A stretch of 64,000 nucleotides of DNA from a virus: IMG/VR virus record IMGVR_UViG_3300042534_000747, one strand, 5' to 3'. Of this stretch, positions 27,361-36,823 are shown in pieces (position 1 is the first letter of the stretch; every line of letters starts with the position of its first letter). Made by a program: the position numbers and the translations under genes. Under the pieces are notes generated by a model. That model searched no databases, was not told where the DNA came from, and saw only the letters and a program-made list of their open reading frames with translations.

Positions 27361-28566
27361 TCAACAAGAAATAGGTGCTGAATTTTTGATATTGATTGCT
27401 GCATTAATATCTCTATCATGAGTTGTATTACATGATGTGCATGTCCATTCTCTGATATTTAATCCCATTTTAGCAGTTTTTGTCCCACATACATTACAGA
27501 TGTGAGATGTTGCTTTCCATTGGTCTACTTCAATGACTGTTTTGCCTTCATATTCTGCTTTATATCGGAGTTGTCTGAAAAATTCACTCCATGATACATC
27601 TGCAATTGCTTTTGAAAGTTTTGGATTTTGCATCATTCCTTTTATGTTGAGGGTTTCAATTGCAATACAGTCATAGTTAGTTACTAATTCTTTTGAAATG
27701 TTGTGTTGGAAATCAGAACGTTGATTTGCAATTTTCTCATGGCAAGATGCAATAATTTTATTTTGTTTATGCCAATTATTTGAAAATTTTTGTTTTCTTG
27801 ATGCTCTACGTTGTAGTTTTGCAAGTTTCTTTTGTGAGGAAACAAAATATCTATTATTATCTATTTTTTTGCCATCTGAAAGAATTGCAAAATGAGTTAA
27901 TCCCATATCAATACCTATTGTGGTAGAATCGTTGTAGGGTATTTTTGGCATTTCAGGTAATCCATCTTCTACAAGAATTGAAATATAATATTTTCCTGAA
28001 GATGTTTTTGAAATTGTAGATGTTTTAATTAAATATTGGTCTGAAATTTTGAAGGTTTCACCATTATCATATGAAATCCAACATTTATTTTTAGATTGTT
28101 TAATTACATCAAAATTAGAATTTTCAAATTTTCTATGTAATCTACATTCAATTAGAGTTTTTAATTTTGGAATATTTATATATCCAGTTTTGAAGTTAAT
28201 TGAATAATTTTGATAAAATTGAAATGAATTACCTGATTTTTTATTTTTAAATTGAGGATATCCTACATCTATACCCTTTTTTTGCCCTCTAAAGAAATTT
28301 TTATATGCTGTATCAAGGTTACGCAATGTATATATTAAGCTTCCTGAACTAGCTTCTGAAATAAAAGGGTATTGTTCTTTCCATACACTGCTAATTAAAT
28401 CTTGACAATCTGATGGAAACATTGATTGATGTGCATTTTGATACATGAATGAACATGTATGCAATGATTTATTCCAAATGAATCTACAACAATCAAAATT
28501 TATTTTGAAAAATTCCTTCTGTTCTTCAGTTGGATAAATTCTATATTTATATGCTTTTAGTACCAT
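27361..28566 (-). CDS. tnpB: IS200/IS605-family TnpB RNA-guided nuclease (CRISPR-adjacent, Cas12f-like size)
   Basis: KAYKYRIYP HTH; RuvC GIDMG / IAIETL / DRDINAAINI intact; Zn finger CNVC...CTSC; 401 aa. Confidence 0.92.
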   Translation of the reverse strand: MVLKAYKYRIYPTEEQKEFFKINFDCCRFIWNKSLHTCSFMYQNAHQSMFPSDCQDLISSVWKEQYPFISEASSGSLIYTLRNLDTAYKNFFRGQKKGIDVGYPQFKNKKSGNSFQFYQNYSINFKTGYINIPKLKTLIECRLHRKFENSNFDVIKQSKNKCWISYDNGETFKISDQYLIKTSTISKTSSGKYYISILVEDGLPEMPKIPYNDSTTIGIDMGLTHFAILSDGKKIDNNRYFVSSQKKLAKLQRRASRKQKFSNNWHKQNKIIASCHEKIANQRSDFQHNISKELVTNYDCIAIETLNIKGMMQNPKLSKAIADVSWSEFFRQLRYKAEYEGKTVIEVDQWKATSHICNVCGTKTAKMGLNIREWTCTSCNTTHDRDINAAINIKNSAPISC

Positions 28567-28597
28567 ATTTTAACCTGTGAATGTTATAGGTCAATTA

Positions 28598-28639
28598 ATG
28601 GTTGTTCTAATATTTAAATGTTTGTTAAAAAAGAAAAAA
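28598..28639 (-). promoter_or_regulatory. native promoter of tnpB
   Basis: 41 of 42 nt identical to 53093-53134. Confidence 0.8.
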
Positions 28640-28686
28640 AGAAAATTGAGTAACAAATGGATTATTATGGTATTGCAACCAATAAC

Positions 28687-28965
28687 TTACTGTAAATTTT
28701 CCCAATTATTTAATAATTCCTTTGCTTTTTTATCATTTGTAGTTCTTACAAAATCTAAAACTTCACTTAAATAAGGTTGTGTTCCATTATATATAATGAA
28801 ATAATGTACTCTTCTATCAATACGATTTATTTTTTCCATTTTGGTATAATATCTCAAAACATGAATTTTTCCTTTAAATGTTTTAAAATATTCTTTCATC
28901 ATAGAACCATTTGACATTACAGCACTTAATTGAGTTTGTTTTGATTTAACCATATTTTCATACAT
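28687..28965 (-). CDS. hypothetical protein
   Basis: 92-aa ORF. Confidence 0.6.
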   Translation of the reverse strand: MYENMVKSKQTQLSAVMSNGSMMKEYFKTFKGKIHVLRYYTKMEKINRIDRRVHYFIIYNGTQPYLSEVLDFVRTTNDKKAKELLNNWENLQ

Positions 28966-29012
28966 GTATATATAAATAATATTACTATATATAAAGATTT
29001 TTAGAATCTGTA

Positions 29013-29267
29013 TTAATTAATTTTTTCTACGGATTCAGGTTCGTAATCAATGTTTGTGAGTTTGGCAAAATTATTGGATAAATTGGCAAAACCATCTAAA
29101 TTTGATAGATTGCAACCTCTGAGCATATTGTAAGAGATATGTTCAGCTATTTCTTCAGGTGTTTCTAAATTGTAGAAGGTATTTTTCCAATCTTCATCTA
29201 TTTGTTCAAATACTTCAGGGGAAATTTCAAGGTCTGCTGTTATCATAAATTCAATTTTAAATTTCAT
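29013..29267 (-). CDS. acidic hypothetical protein
   Basis: 84-aa ORF in operon. Confidence 0.65.
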   Translation of the reverse strand: MKFKIEFMITADLEISPEVFEQIDEDWKNTFYNLETPEEIAEHISYNMLRGCNLSNLDGFANLSNNFAKLTNIDYEPESVEKIN

Positions 29268-29480
29268 TTAATATTCTACTCCTTTTAGTAAAAATGTTTT
29301 TTTGCAATTAGGGCATTCAATTTCAGAATTTTCTATTTCGTTCCATTTGTTGTTAAAAATGCAATATGAAAAGAATCCTTCAGTATCAAAATCTTCATCT
29401 TTTGCTAAATCAATATCATGTTTACAATTTGGACATTCTACATCTAATGACCAATATAAAGTTGCAGTTGCTTTTTTCAT
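29268..29480 (-). CDS. zinc-ribbon protein
   Basis: two CPNC motifs. Confidence 0.7.
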   Translation of the reverse strand: MKKATATLYWSLDVECPNCKHDIDLAKDEDFDTEGFFSYCIFNNKWNEIENSEIECPNCKKTFLLKGVEY

Positions 29481-29482
29481 AA

Positions 29483-29668
29483 TTATCTGTAATTCAAATT
29501 ATGGATTTCTTTTAGAAGTTTGTCATTTATGGCAGTTGTAATGTCAAAAATATTAAATATTTCTTTTCCATCTACCATTACTACGCCATCATAGCATACT
29601 ACTACATCAATATCGCCTGATACAGTAGTTGAATAAAAAGAAGTTTCACCATCTATCATATTAATCAC
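29483..29668 (-). CDS. hypothetical protein
   Basis: 61-aa ORF. Confidence 0.55.
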   Translation of the reverse strand: MINMIDGETSFYSTTVSGDIDVVVCYDGVVMVDGKEIFNIFDITTAINDKLLKEIHNLNYR

Positions 29669-29957
29669 ATTTTTTCATTTTTTCAAATTCTGCCATTTTT
29701 TCAATATTTTTACAAAGATAATGATTGCAATTAAAGCATTCTGGTAATGAATCTATTGGTTGTGAGCAATGTCCACAAATAGGAATATTCCATTTATCTG
29801 AACATGCCATTTTTGACATTAGATTATAATCTATTGTTTGTACGTCTGATAACATTGTGGTTACAGCAGGGCATTTTTCATATCCTAAATCAAGTTTCTT
29901 TTTTGAGCATTGACCATTTTTTTTGAGGTTAGAGCATATTTTCAACATAATAATCAT
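29661..29957 (-). CDS. Cys-rich protein
   Basis: multiple Cys including CGHC, CFNC. Confidence 0.6.
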   Translation of the reverse strand: MIIMLKICSNLKKNGQCSKKKLDLGYEKCPAVTTMLSDVQTIDYNLMSKMACSDKWNIPICGHCSQPIDSLPECFNCNHYLCKNIEKMAEFEKMKKCD

Positions 29958-30059
29958 TCAATGAATGGTTATTATTATATTTAAATGTAATTGATAATAT
30001 AGGCAATTAGTAATTAAAAAAGCAAATGTTTTTATAATATCAATACATTATTATGAATA

Positions 30060-30560
30060 ATGGATAATGAATTATTAATGTTTGATGAAATTTTAACAGA
30101 AAAAATAAAGGAATATCATGTTTCTGTTGTATGGAATGAAGTAGAAATAACATTAGATGATGTTAGAAAAGCTATTGAAAATAATATTTCAGTAATAGAT
30201 AATGAATCTTATAGTAATTGTGGATATATTTTTAAACCTGATGAATGGCATATTGGGAGAATTATTTATTTTGTGAATAATCCAAATGAAATTGACCCAA
30301 TTTGTTTAGATAATAAGTGTGCTAATAACGATATATTACCAATTCCAATTATAACAGATGGAAATCATAGATATATGGCATCTTTATATTTAAATAAAAA
30401 ATATATAGAATGTTTTTATGCCGGAAGATTAGATGTTTTAAATTATTTAAAAGGGAATATAGAAAATCCACCAATGAATGGAAAAAAAGAAAAAGAAGGG
30501 ATTATTCAGTTAATTTTTTTGCATTTTTTGTCTTTGCTAAACTTTTTTCATTCTAAATAA
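30060..30560 (+). CDS. ParB/sulfiredoxin-like domain protein
   Basis: PIITDGNHRYMA motif. Confidence 0.65.
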   Translation: MDNELLMFDEILTEKIKEYHVSVVWNEVEITLDDVRKAIENNISVIDNESYSNCGYIFKPDEWHIGRIIYFVNNPNEIDPICLDNKCANNDILPIPIITDGNHRYMASLYLNKKYIECFYAGRLDVLNYLKGNIENPPMNGKKEKEGIIQLIFLHFLSLLNFFHSK

Positions 30561-30929
30561 TAAGGAGAAGATTTTCCAGTCAAATTATTTAAATCATTAA
30601 TTTTTATAAATTTAATTGCATCATCCCATTTATTAAATGTAACTGGTTGTGCTTCTTTATAAATTTTATATGTTCCTATACATGCAACTATATTACCTCG
30701 AACATCTCTTTTTAACCATACATTTTTATTTGCAAATCCTAGATATTTTGATACTTTCCAAATTGTATCAAGTCTAATACCTTCTCCACCAACTATTCTT
30801 GCAACTTCTTGTTCATTTGTTTTTTTATTTATAATTGCACCATTATAATATCCATCTTTAAGATGTATATATTTATCATTTTCAGAATATACATATATAC
30901 CTTTATAATAGCCATTTGTATCTTGCCAT
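30548..30929 (-). pseudogene. ~125-aa open frame with frameshift just after its ATG (not in ORF track)
   Basis: GAGGA SD + ATG GCA A|GAT ACA...; frame DTNGYYKG...SPYYLE* open to 30548. Confidence 0.5.
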
Positions 30930-30931
30930 AA

Positions 30932-31144
30932 TTATTTCCTCAATATTTTATATGTATGTATCATTGAAAATTTAGATTTTTGTTTATTTGGATATTTCCA
31001 TGAATCTGCTTGTTTTTCTGTAATAAGTCCTTTTTCTTCTAATTCATAAACGAATGTTAACCATCGTGTTTGATTAACTTCAATGTAAAGACTTGTTTTT
31101 GGATTTAATTTAAAAAATTGTTCTTCAGCATCTTTTTTATTCAT
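30932..31144 (-). CDS. small phage protein, paralog of 21337..21531
   Basis: shared KQA..W.YPNKQK. Confidence 0.7.
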   Translation of the reverse strand: MNKKDAEEQFFKLNPKTSLYIEVNQTRWLTFVYELEEKGLITEKQADSWKYPNKQKSKFSMIHTYKILRK

Positions 31145-31148
31145 AATA

Positions 31149-31565
31149 TCACATTTTATTATTCTTTAAGAATTTTACTCTTGCTTTTGCTTTGCCTAAT
31201 TTTTCATAATCTGTAATAGAAATTGATTTATAATAATCTTTATGTGTTCTATTTATTAGTGTCCACATACTAAGAACTTTACCTGATGATTGTTTTCTTT
31301 CACCATATTTCCATCGTTCATTAAAATTGTTTTCAAGTGGTATATCAATTGTTTCAAATGGATGAAACTCATAATCACCACGTTCTAATTTACGATAAAA
31401 TTCTTCTCTACGTGATAATTCATATACTTTATCATTTCTTATTTTAAATATGAATTCTTTTGCATCTTTTAATTTATCAAAGCTTGCACCATCAAATCTA
31501 TGACTATAATTTACACCATAACTAACAAAATATGTTATTACTTTTTTATCTGTCATTATTTTCAA
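31149..31565 (-). CDS. hypothetical protein
   Basis: 138-aa ORF. Confidence 0.6.
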   Translation of the reverse strand: MKIMTDKKVITYFVSYGVNYSHRFDGASFDKLKDAKEFIFKIRNDKVYELSRREEFYRKLERGDYEFHPFETIDIPLENNFNERWKYGERKQSSGKVLSMWTLINRTHKDYYKSISITDYEKLGKAKARVKFLKNNKM

Positions 31566-31834
31566 CTTCTATAAAACCCATAAATCAACTGTTGTTTCAG
31601 ATAAAGAACCATCATTTCTAACTGAAGGAAACGTTCTAACTGAATAATATTTATTTTTTAGTTCATCTTTCAATTCTTTAGCTAGTTTTCCTCTTTTAGC
31701 TGTACCCATTAATGTATAATTATTTCCATTTATTTTCTTATATACCATTATTTTTATCCTATATTTTAAGATAAAAATAAATTGTTTTAAGAGTATATAA
31801 AGTTTTTTAGAATTAGTGGGAGTTAAAAAAGAAT

Positions 31835-31999
31835 TTATTTTCTAATGATTATTTCAATTATGGTGTTTTTATCAATTTTTGAAAGAATTTCTTTGCCTAC
31901 TTGCAAACGCCCATATTTACGCTGATTGTCTGTTATATCATTTGGATAAATTGTTTTTCTGATTATTATTTCAGATTCATCAAAAACTAATTGTGGCAT
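31835..31999 (-). CDS. small AbrB/DUF2080-like protein (54 aa, below track cutoff)
   Basis: MPQLVF...KYGRLQVGKE...IEIIIRK. Confidence 0.4.
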   Translation of the reverse strand: MPQLVFDESEIIIRKTIYPNDITDNQRKYGRLQVGKEILSKIDKNTIIEIIIRK

Positions 32000-32013
32000 G
32001 ATAAACCTTTATA

Positions 32014-32292
32014 TTATTCAGAAATTTGCACATGATTGAAAATGCTATTTGCTGTTTTCTGATAATCTTCTTCAGATTCATCAAGTGATTCACTATAATC
32101 ACAAACATATTCCCATACCATGTTTTGTATGTCATTTGCATTTTCAACATTTATATTTGTGTATTTTTCATCTATCAAATCTTCTATTTTTTCAAGAATT
32201 GTATCAATGATTCCTACAGCTTCTTCTTCTTTACCGTTAAAGTCTCCAATTGTATCAATTTGTGTTTCTTTGAAGTATTTCATATTATTCAC
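32014..32292 (-). CDS. acidic hypothetical protein
   Basis: ORF; ATG probably 32283. Confidence 0.6.
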   Translation of the reverse strand: MNNMKYFKETQIDTIGDFNGKEEEAVGIIDTILEKIEDLIDEKYTNINVENANDIQNMVWEYVCDYSESLDESEEDYQKTANSIFNHVQISE

Positions 32293-32448
32293 CTACAATA
32301 TATCTTACGTGCCAATATTATATATAGTTTTGGCAAAATAGACGGATGTTTTGGCAATATTGTTTTTATTTAATGTTTGTTTTAAAAATGTTTATATAGT
32401 ATGCAGTATTATTATAATTAATAGTAAATAAAATAAAAATGTGATAAA

Positions 32449-32715
32449 ATGTTGTATAGAATTGTAGACTATGATATATATAAATATGATGGAACTTGGA
32501 CTGTGAACAATGCAATGTATACTAATTTCACTATTGATATTAAAGAAAAAGATAGTGATGTAGAAATTTTTAAGAAGATGAAAGAAGTTGGATTTTTATC
32601 AAGTGGTGCTAAATTTAAAAATTTGAATATTGATGGTGAATTTGGTTATAGTTTTTATGTTGACCATGAAACTTCAAGAGATTCAAAACCATTTTGTGAA
32701 TTAAGACCTGAATAA
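32449..32715 (+). CDS. hypothetical phage protein
   Basis: 88-aa ORF; paralog at 24207. Confidence 0.65.
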   Translation: MLYRIVDYDIYKYDGTWTVNNAMYTNFTIDIKEKDSDVEIFKKMKEVGFLSSGAKFKNLNIDGEFGYSFYVDHETSRDSKPFCELRPE

Positions 32716-32918
32716 ATCAGGTCATTTTTATTTTTTATTATTATTTCTAGCTCATACTAATATGAAAGAAGAATTTCTATATTTATCACTTATAATACTA
32801 TTATGTAATTTCAAAGTATATAAATATATGTTAAATTTAGCACATAACAAGTCAATGCATGTCATTAATCTTATATAAACATATATATAGATGTGATACA
32901 AGGTGATATTGATAAAAA

Positions 32919-33716
32919 ATGTTTAATAAAAACGAGTTAATAAATATAATAGAAGATGAAATTAAATTATTTGAAGATTATGAATATTTTTATCCTACAA
33001 TTAGAGAATATAATAAAAAAATTATATTATATCTCGATGAAGGGTATAATTTTAGTGAAGCTCATAAAATCATTCTTAATGATATAGAAAATATCATGAG
33101 AGCATCACAACCATCAATTGAAAGAATAATTCAGGATACTGGTAAAAATATGGAACAAGCAAGAAAAACAATTGCAGGTTTGAATTTTCAAAGAATTGTT
33201 GCTTATTCATTAATGAATAATGTATTGTATGATAATATACCAGAAGTAGTTATTATGGTTGGGAAAAAGAGAGTGGAATTTAAAGATTTCATTAAAAGAC
33301 ATTTAACAATATTTGTAGGGGATGGAATACAAAAACCTGATAGTGATATCTTAATTTTCAATCCAAATAAAGAAGATACACCAATTATGATAATTTCTTG
33401 TAAAACATCATTGAGAGAAAGAGCAGGACAAACATATAGATGGAAATTGCTTTATGATTTGGCAAAAACTGATTGTGAACATTATAAATGTGAAAAATCA
33501 TGTCCAAAAAATAAATATGGTGTAACTATTGATAATGATAGAGATATTATAGTTGGATTTATAACTACAGATTTTTATAATGAAATAGATAGACCACAAA
33601 ATAAAGGGATGATGGATTTTTTTGATTTTACATTTGTTGGAAAAAAAATAATAGATAAGAACAATATTAAAAGTTTAGATGGAATTGTTGACTATATCAA
33701 TAATGTTTTTAACTAA
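32919..33716 (+). CDS. BsaWI-like type II restriction endonuclease (orphan)
   Basis: PDSDILI...ISCKTSLRERAGQTYRWKL (PD-(D/E)xK with RER motif). Confidence 0.75.
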   Translation: MFNKNELINIIEDEIKLFEDYEYFYPTIREYNKKIILYLDEGYNFSEAHKIILNDIENIMRASQPSIERIIQDTGKNMEQARKTIAGLNFQRIVAYSLMNNVLYDNIPEVVIMVGKKRVEFKDFIKRHLTIFVGDGIQKPDSDILIFNPNKEDTPIMIISCKTSLRERAGQTYRWKLLYDLAKTDCEHYKCEKSCPKNKYGVTIDNDRDIIVGFITTDFYNEIDRPQNKGMMDFFDFTFVGKKIIDKNNIKSLDGIVDYINNVFN

Positions 33717-33890
33717 ATATTTTTTTACCTTTTATTTTGTTATTGTTTTACCTAAAGTTATATAATTATTGCAACATGGAGATAAATATTTATCATTGTA
33801 GCATTGTAGTGATATACTTAATTCAGATGTGGATTCTATTACTTTTTTTCTACATTTTAAACATATACCTGTATAATAAGTTTTTCAGTT

Positions 33891-34493
33891 TCATTCATAG
33901 AGTTTAGTTCCTCCATATTCAATTCTTGCATGGCAACATCTTGTATGATAGGGTTTATTTACTCTTGTCATTACAGTGGATTTTCTAGCATAAGCAACTA
34001 CTATTTTTTTACAATTCATGCATAATCCTGTATGTAATATTCTTTTATCAGGTATGATTCCATGAATAGATGTAGGAATAGATGCTTTATTATAGGCATA
34101 TGGCACATTGTTTAAACTTCCACAATGTTTAAATTCTCTACCATGTGCATTTACATGATTACCGTAACGTTCATAGGTGTACCAATGGTTGAGTTCGTGT
34201 AAGAGGATACCGTTTATTACATCTTCACCTGCATCATATATTTCTTTTCTTATTTGTACTCTGACTGCTGAATATTTTGACAAAAATGTTTTATTTGTTC
34301 TTAAATCATGAATTGGTATTCCACCTTTTTCACAATTTATTTTGATTCTGCCTAGCCATGAAGCTTTTTGATGAACAATTTCAATAGGAATATCATAATC
34401 CATTTCCCATTTGAAATTATGAATGAGTAAATAATTTATTTTATTTCTTGTTAAAATTACAAGTTCATGTTCAGGGTCTTTTATTATAACCAT
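33891..34493 (-). CDS. SprT-like zinc metalloprotease
   Basis: LLHELNH...HGREFK, C-terminal Cys module. Confidence 0.8.
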   Translation of the reverse strand: MVIIKDPEHELVILTRNKINYLLIHNFKWEMDYDIPIEIVHQKASWLGRIKINCEKGGIPIHDLRTNKTFLSKYSAVRVQIRKEIYDAGEDVINGILLHELNHWYTYERYGNHVNAHGREFKHCGSLNNVPYAYNKASIPTSIHGIIPDKRILHTGLCMNCKKIVVAYARKSTVMTRVNKPYHTRCCHARIEYGGTKLYE

Positions 34494-34559
34494 GAAATAA
34501 ATATAATTTAAGAGTATATAAAGGTAGTTAGAATAGATGATAGTGAAAAAAGAAAAAGA

Positions 34560-34916
34560 TTATATATTGATTACTGATTCATTAATTTGCAAATGATATG
34601 AATCAAAGTATTTGCATTCATATGAATTTAGCCAATTGTCAATAACTACTATATTTTCATCTGAATATGTTATTGTATCAGGAATTTCATTTTTACTATA
34701 AAAAGATAAATCGAATGTTACTATTTCTTTATTTATTTCATAAATTACGATTTCTGTTTCTGGATTATAGCTTAATACATTACCTGTTTTTGAACTTTGT
34801 AAATTCCATGTTTCTGTATAATCAATAAAAATTACAAAACATATTGCTATCAATAAAAATATTGCTATTAATGAAAATATTATATGTAAAATTTTATGCT
34901 TATTTTTTTTAAACAT
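34560..34916 (-). CDS. single-TM membrane protein
   Basis: N-terminal hydrophobic helix. Confidence 0.65.
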   Translation of the reverse strand: MFKKNKHKILHIIFSLIAIFLLIAICFVIFIDYTETWNLQSSKTGNVLSYNPETEIVIYEINKEIVTFDLSFYSKNEIPDTITYSDENIVVIDNWLNSYECKYFDSYHLQINESVINI

Positions 34917-34921
34917 TTTTT

Positions 34922-34983
34922 AACACCTACAATGCTATACAATGGTGTCAAAGTATATAAATGTTTTGAAAAAAAGGAAAAAG
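34922..34983 (-). promoter_or_regulatory. terminator/promoter/palindrome/SD cassette
   Basis: same layout as 15749 copy. Confidence 0.75.
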
Positions 34984-34995
34984 AATTATTTAAGA

Positions 34996-35535
34996 TTATT
35001 CTTTTTTATTTTGGAAATACTTAATTTGTTCTGCATAATAAGTAAATACTTCTCCTTCACGACAATATTGTTCTATTAAAGGATAATAATTATTTTTATT
35101 TTTTAATCTGTCTTTTAGATTTGATGGCATTAATATAACAAATTCATAATCATCTTCTTTAAAATCAATTATAATACCTTTTATTTCACAACGTAAAATC
35201 TCTTTATCATATTCACCAGTATTAAAATTATAACCTATTCCTAAATGAATATCTTTATATTTTGTTAATTTTACACCTGTTGTTTTTTCAAATTGTTTTA
35301 TTACATCTATTGGTGTAATTTCTAAATTTCTAATTCGTCTTAATGTATCATCATATACTTTTACAAAAAATTCAGTATTTTCAATACTTATATAAAATAT
35401 TCTATCATAAACATTTCCATGTGTTAAATTTATATATTCTTGTTCTTGCATTTTCATTTTCATCATTTCCTTATAAACATTTTTTGCCGTAATTAAAATC
35501 TTTTTCTGAATTTTTAAGTGCATCAATAAATTCAA
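34996..35535 (-). CDS. hypothetical protein
   Basis: ORF; true start probably near MKMKMQEQ. Confidence 0.6.
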   Translation of the reverse strand: MNLLMHLKIQKKILITAKNVYKEMMKMKMQEQEYINLTHGNVYDRIFYISIENTEFFVKVYDDTLRRIRNLEITPIDVIKQFEKTTGVKLTKYKDIHLGIGYNFNTGEYDKEILRCEIKGIIIDFKEDDYEFVILMPSNLKDRLKNKNNYYPLIEQYCREGEVFTYYAEQIKYFQNKKE

Positions 35536-35653
35536 GATTATGCATTTTCATAACATGATTGATGCAATTTTTATAACGTTTGAATTCTTTGCCACAAATT
35601 TTACATTTTCCTTTAAATATTGCATATCCTCTAGGCATTTCATTCATCCTCAT
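35471..35653 (-). CDS. C2H2 zinc-finger protein
   Basis: CKICGKEF...NHVMKMH. Confidence 0.65.
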   Translation of the reverse strand: MRMNEMPRGYAIFKGKCKICGKEFKRYKNCINHVMKMHNLEFIDALKNSEKDFNYGKKCL

Positions 35654-36707
35654 GTGGTACGATTCTTATAACACCATTACCATCACAACCATAGCATCTA
35701 TCCATATCCATACGATTCCATGAATATCTACCTGTGCCACCACAACGCTCACATACTTCATATTTGCCTGTTGCAACTAGTCTTTCAATTCTTTTTTCAC
35801 GTTCACTTAATTTAAATTCTTTTTTACGTCTGGATTCTTCCATTAGTTTTTTACGTTCTTCAACTTCTTCTTGTCTTACTTTTTCCCAATGTTCATCAGA
35901 TTTTTGTTTCATATCTATGAAGAATAACATTTTAGCTTTATCTGTCATGCCGTAACTTTCGTAATCTAATTCCAAACCTTTGGAAAGGCATTCATTTTTA
36001 TATTCTTCTGTACATTTACCACATAGATTAAGGTTTTCTGGTTTAGTGAAAAAATAAGAAACTTCATTATTGCATTTGTCACATTTTATGTCAGGTTTGT
36101 TGATTATTATTTGGTATGCTAATACTTTCCAGAATTTTGCAAGATTCTTTTTAATATGTTTAATTTGATTTTCTGAATAATTATATTCTGGTTTATTATC
36201 ATTTACATATTGACCAAAATAATCATGATAATTTCTATACATAATATGAGCATCATCATATGAATCACTATCTTGATAGAAATATTTGAAATCATCTACT
36301 CTTTTAACTATTTCTTTGAATTTTGGAAGGTAGATTAGTTTTAATTCTATTTCAGAAGCTTTTACAATGTTGTTTATTAGTTGGTCTTGATAGTCATAAA
36401 TTGACATAGGACTATCTTTTTTTGGCTTTATAATGATATTGGAAGGTGAAGGTGAATTGGTAGGTGTAATAGGAGTTTTAGGGATTCTGCTTTTTGGAAG
36501 TGCAAAACGGTAAATTTCCACTTCATCTAAAGTTGTGTGATTTGAAGTATATTCTGAAAGAGCATAAACTTGTTTGTCTTTTAGATATTTAATTTGAGCA
36601 ATTTCTTGCCATGTTTTTTTGTTTAAATCATCAGTGAAACGAATTCCTAATGTATTTAGTTTTTCAATTGTGGCTTTACCAATGCCTTTTATATTTGAAA
36701 TGTTCAT
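35640..36707 (-). CDS. HhH-domain protein with C-terminal DnaJ-type Zn finger
   Basis: IKGIGKATIEKL; CDKC...CGKC; CERCGGTG...CYGCDGNG. Confidence 0.7.
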   Translation of the reverse strand: MNISNIKGIGKATIEKLNTLGIRFTDDLNKKTWQEIAQIKYLKDKQVYALSEYTSNHTTLDEVEIYRFALPKSRIPKTPITPTNSPSPSNIIIKPKKDSPMSIYDYQDQLINNIVKASEIELKLIYLPKFKEIVKRVDDFKYFYQDSDSYDDAHIMYRNYHDYFGQYVNDNKPEYNYSENQIKHIKKNLAKFWKVLAYQIIINKPDIKCDKCNNEVSYFFTKPENLNLCGKCTEEYKNECLSKGLELDYESYGMTDKAKMLFFIDMKQKSDEHWEKVRQEEVEERKKLMEESRRKKEFKLSEREKRIERLVATGKYEVCERCGGTGRYSWNRMDMDRCYGCDGNGVIRIVPHEDE

Positions 36708-36823
36708 ATAAATATATTCCTTTGTAAGTATATAAAGTTTTTTAGAATTAATAGGGATTAATTATGTAATACAATAGATAAGTGTCATTTTATTTAAATG
36801 TTTTGAAAAAAAAAGAAAATAAG

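Noticed and set aside
27361-28566. Active IS200/IS605 or IS607 transposon
   Set aside because: No tnpA (Y1 or serine recombinase) nearby and no recognisable IS end hairpins; the flanks are a native promoter and a terminator. A decayed non-autonomous element cannot be fully excluded.
30929-30934. Stop-codon reassignment or readthrough
   Set aside because: A single TAA case that is better explained by a frameshift; long genes elsewhere are uninterrupted in the standard code.
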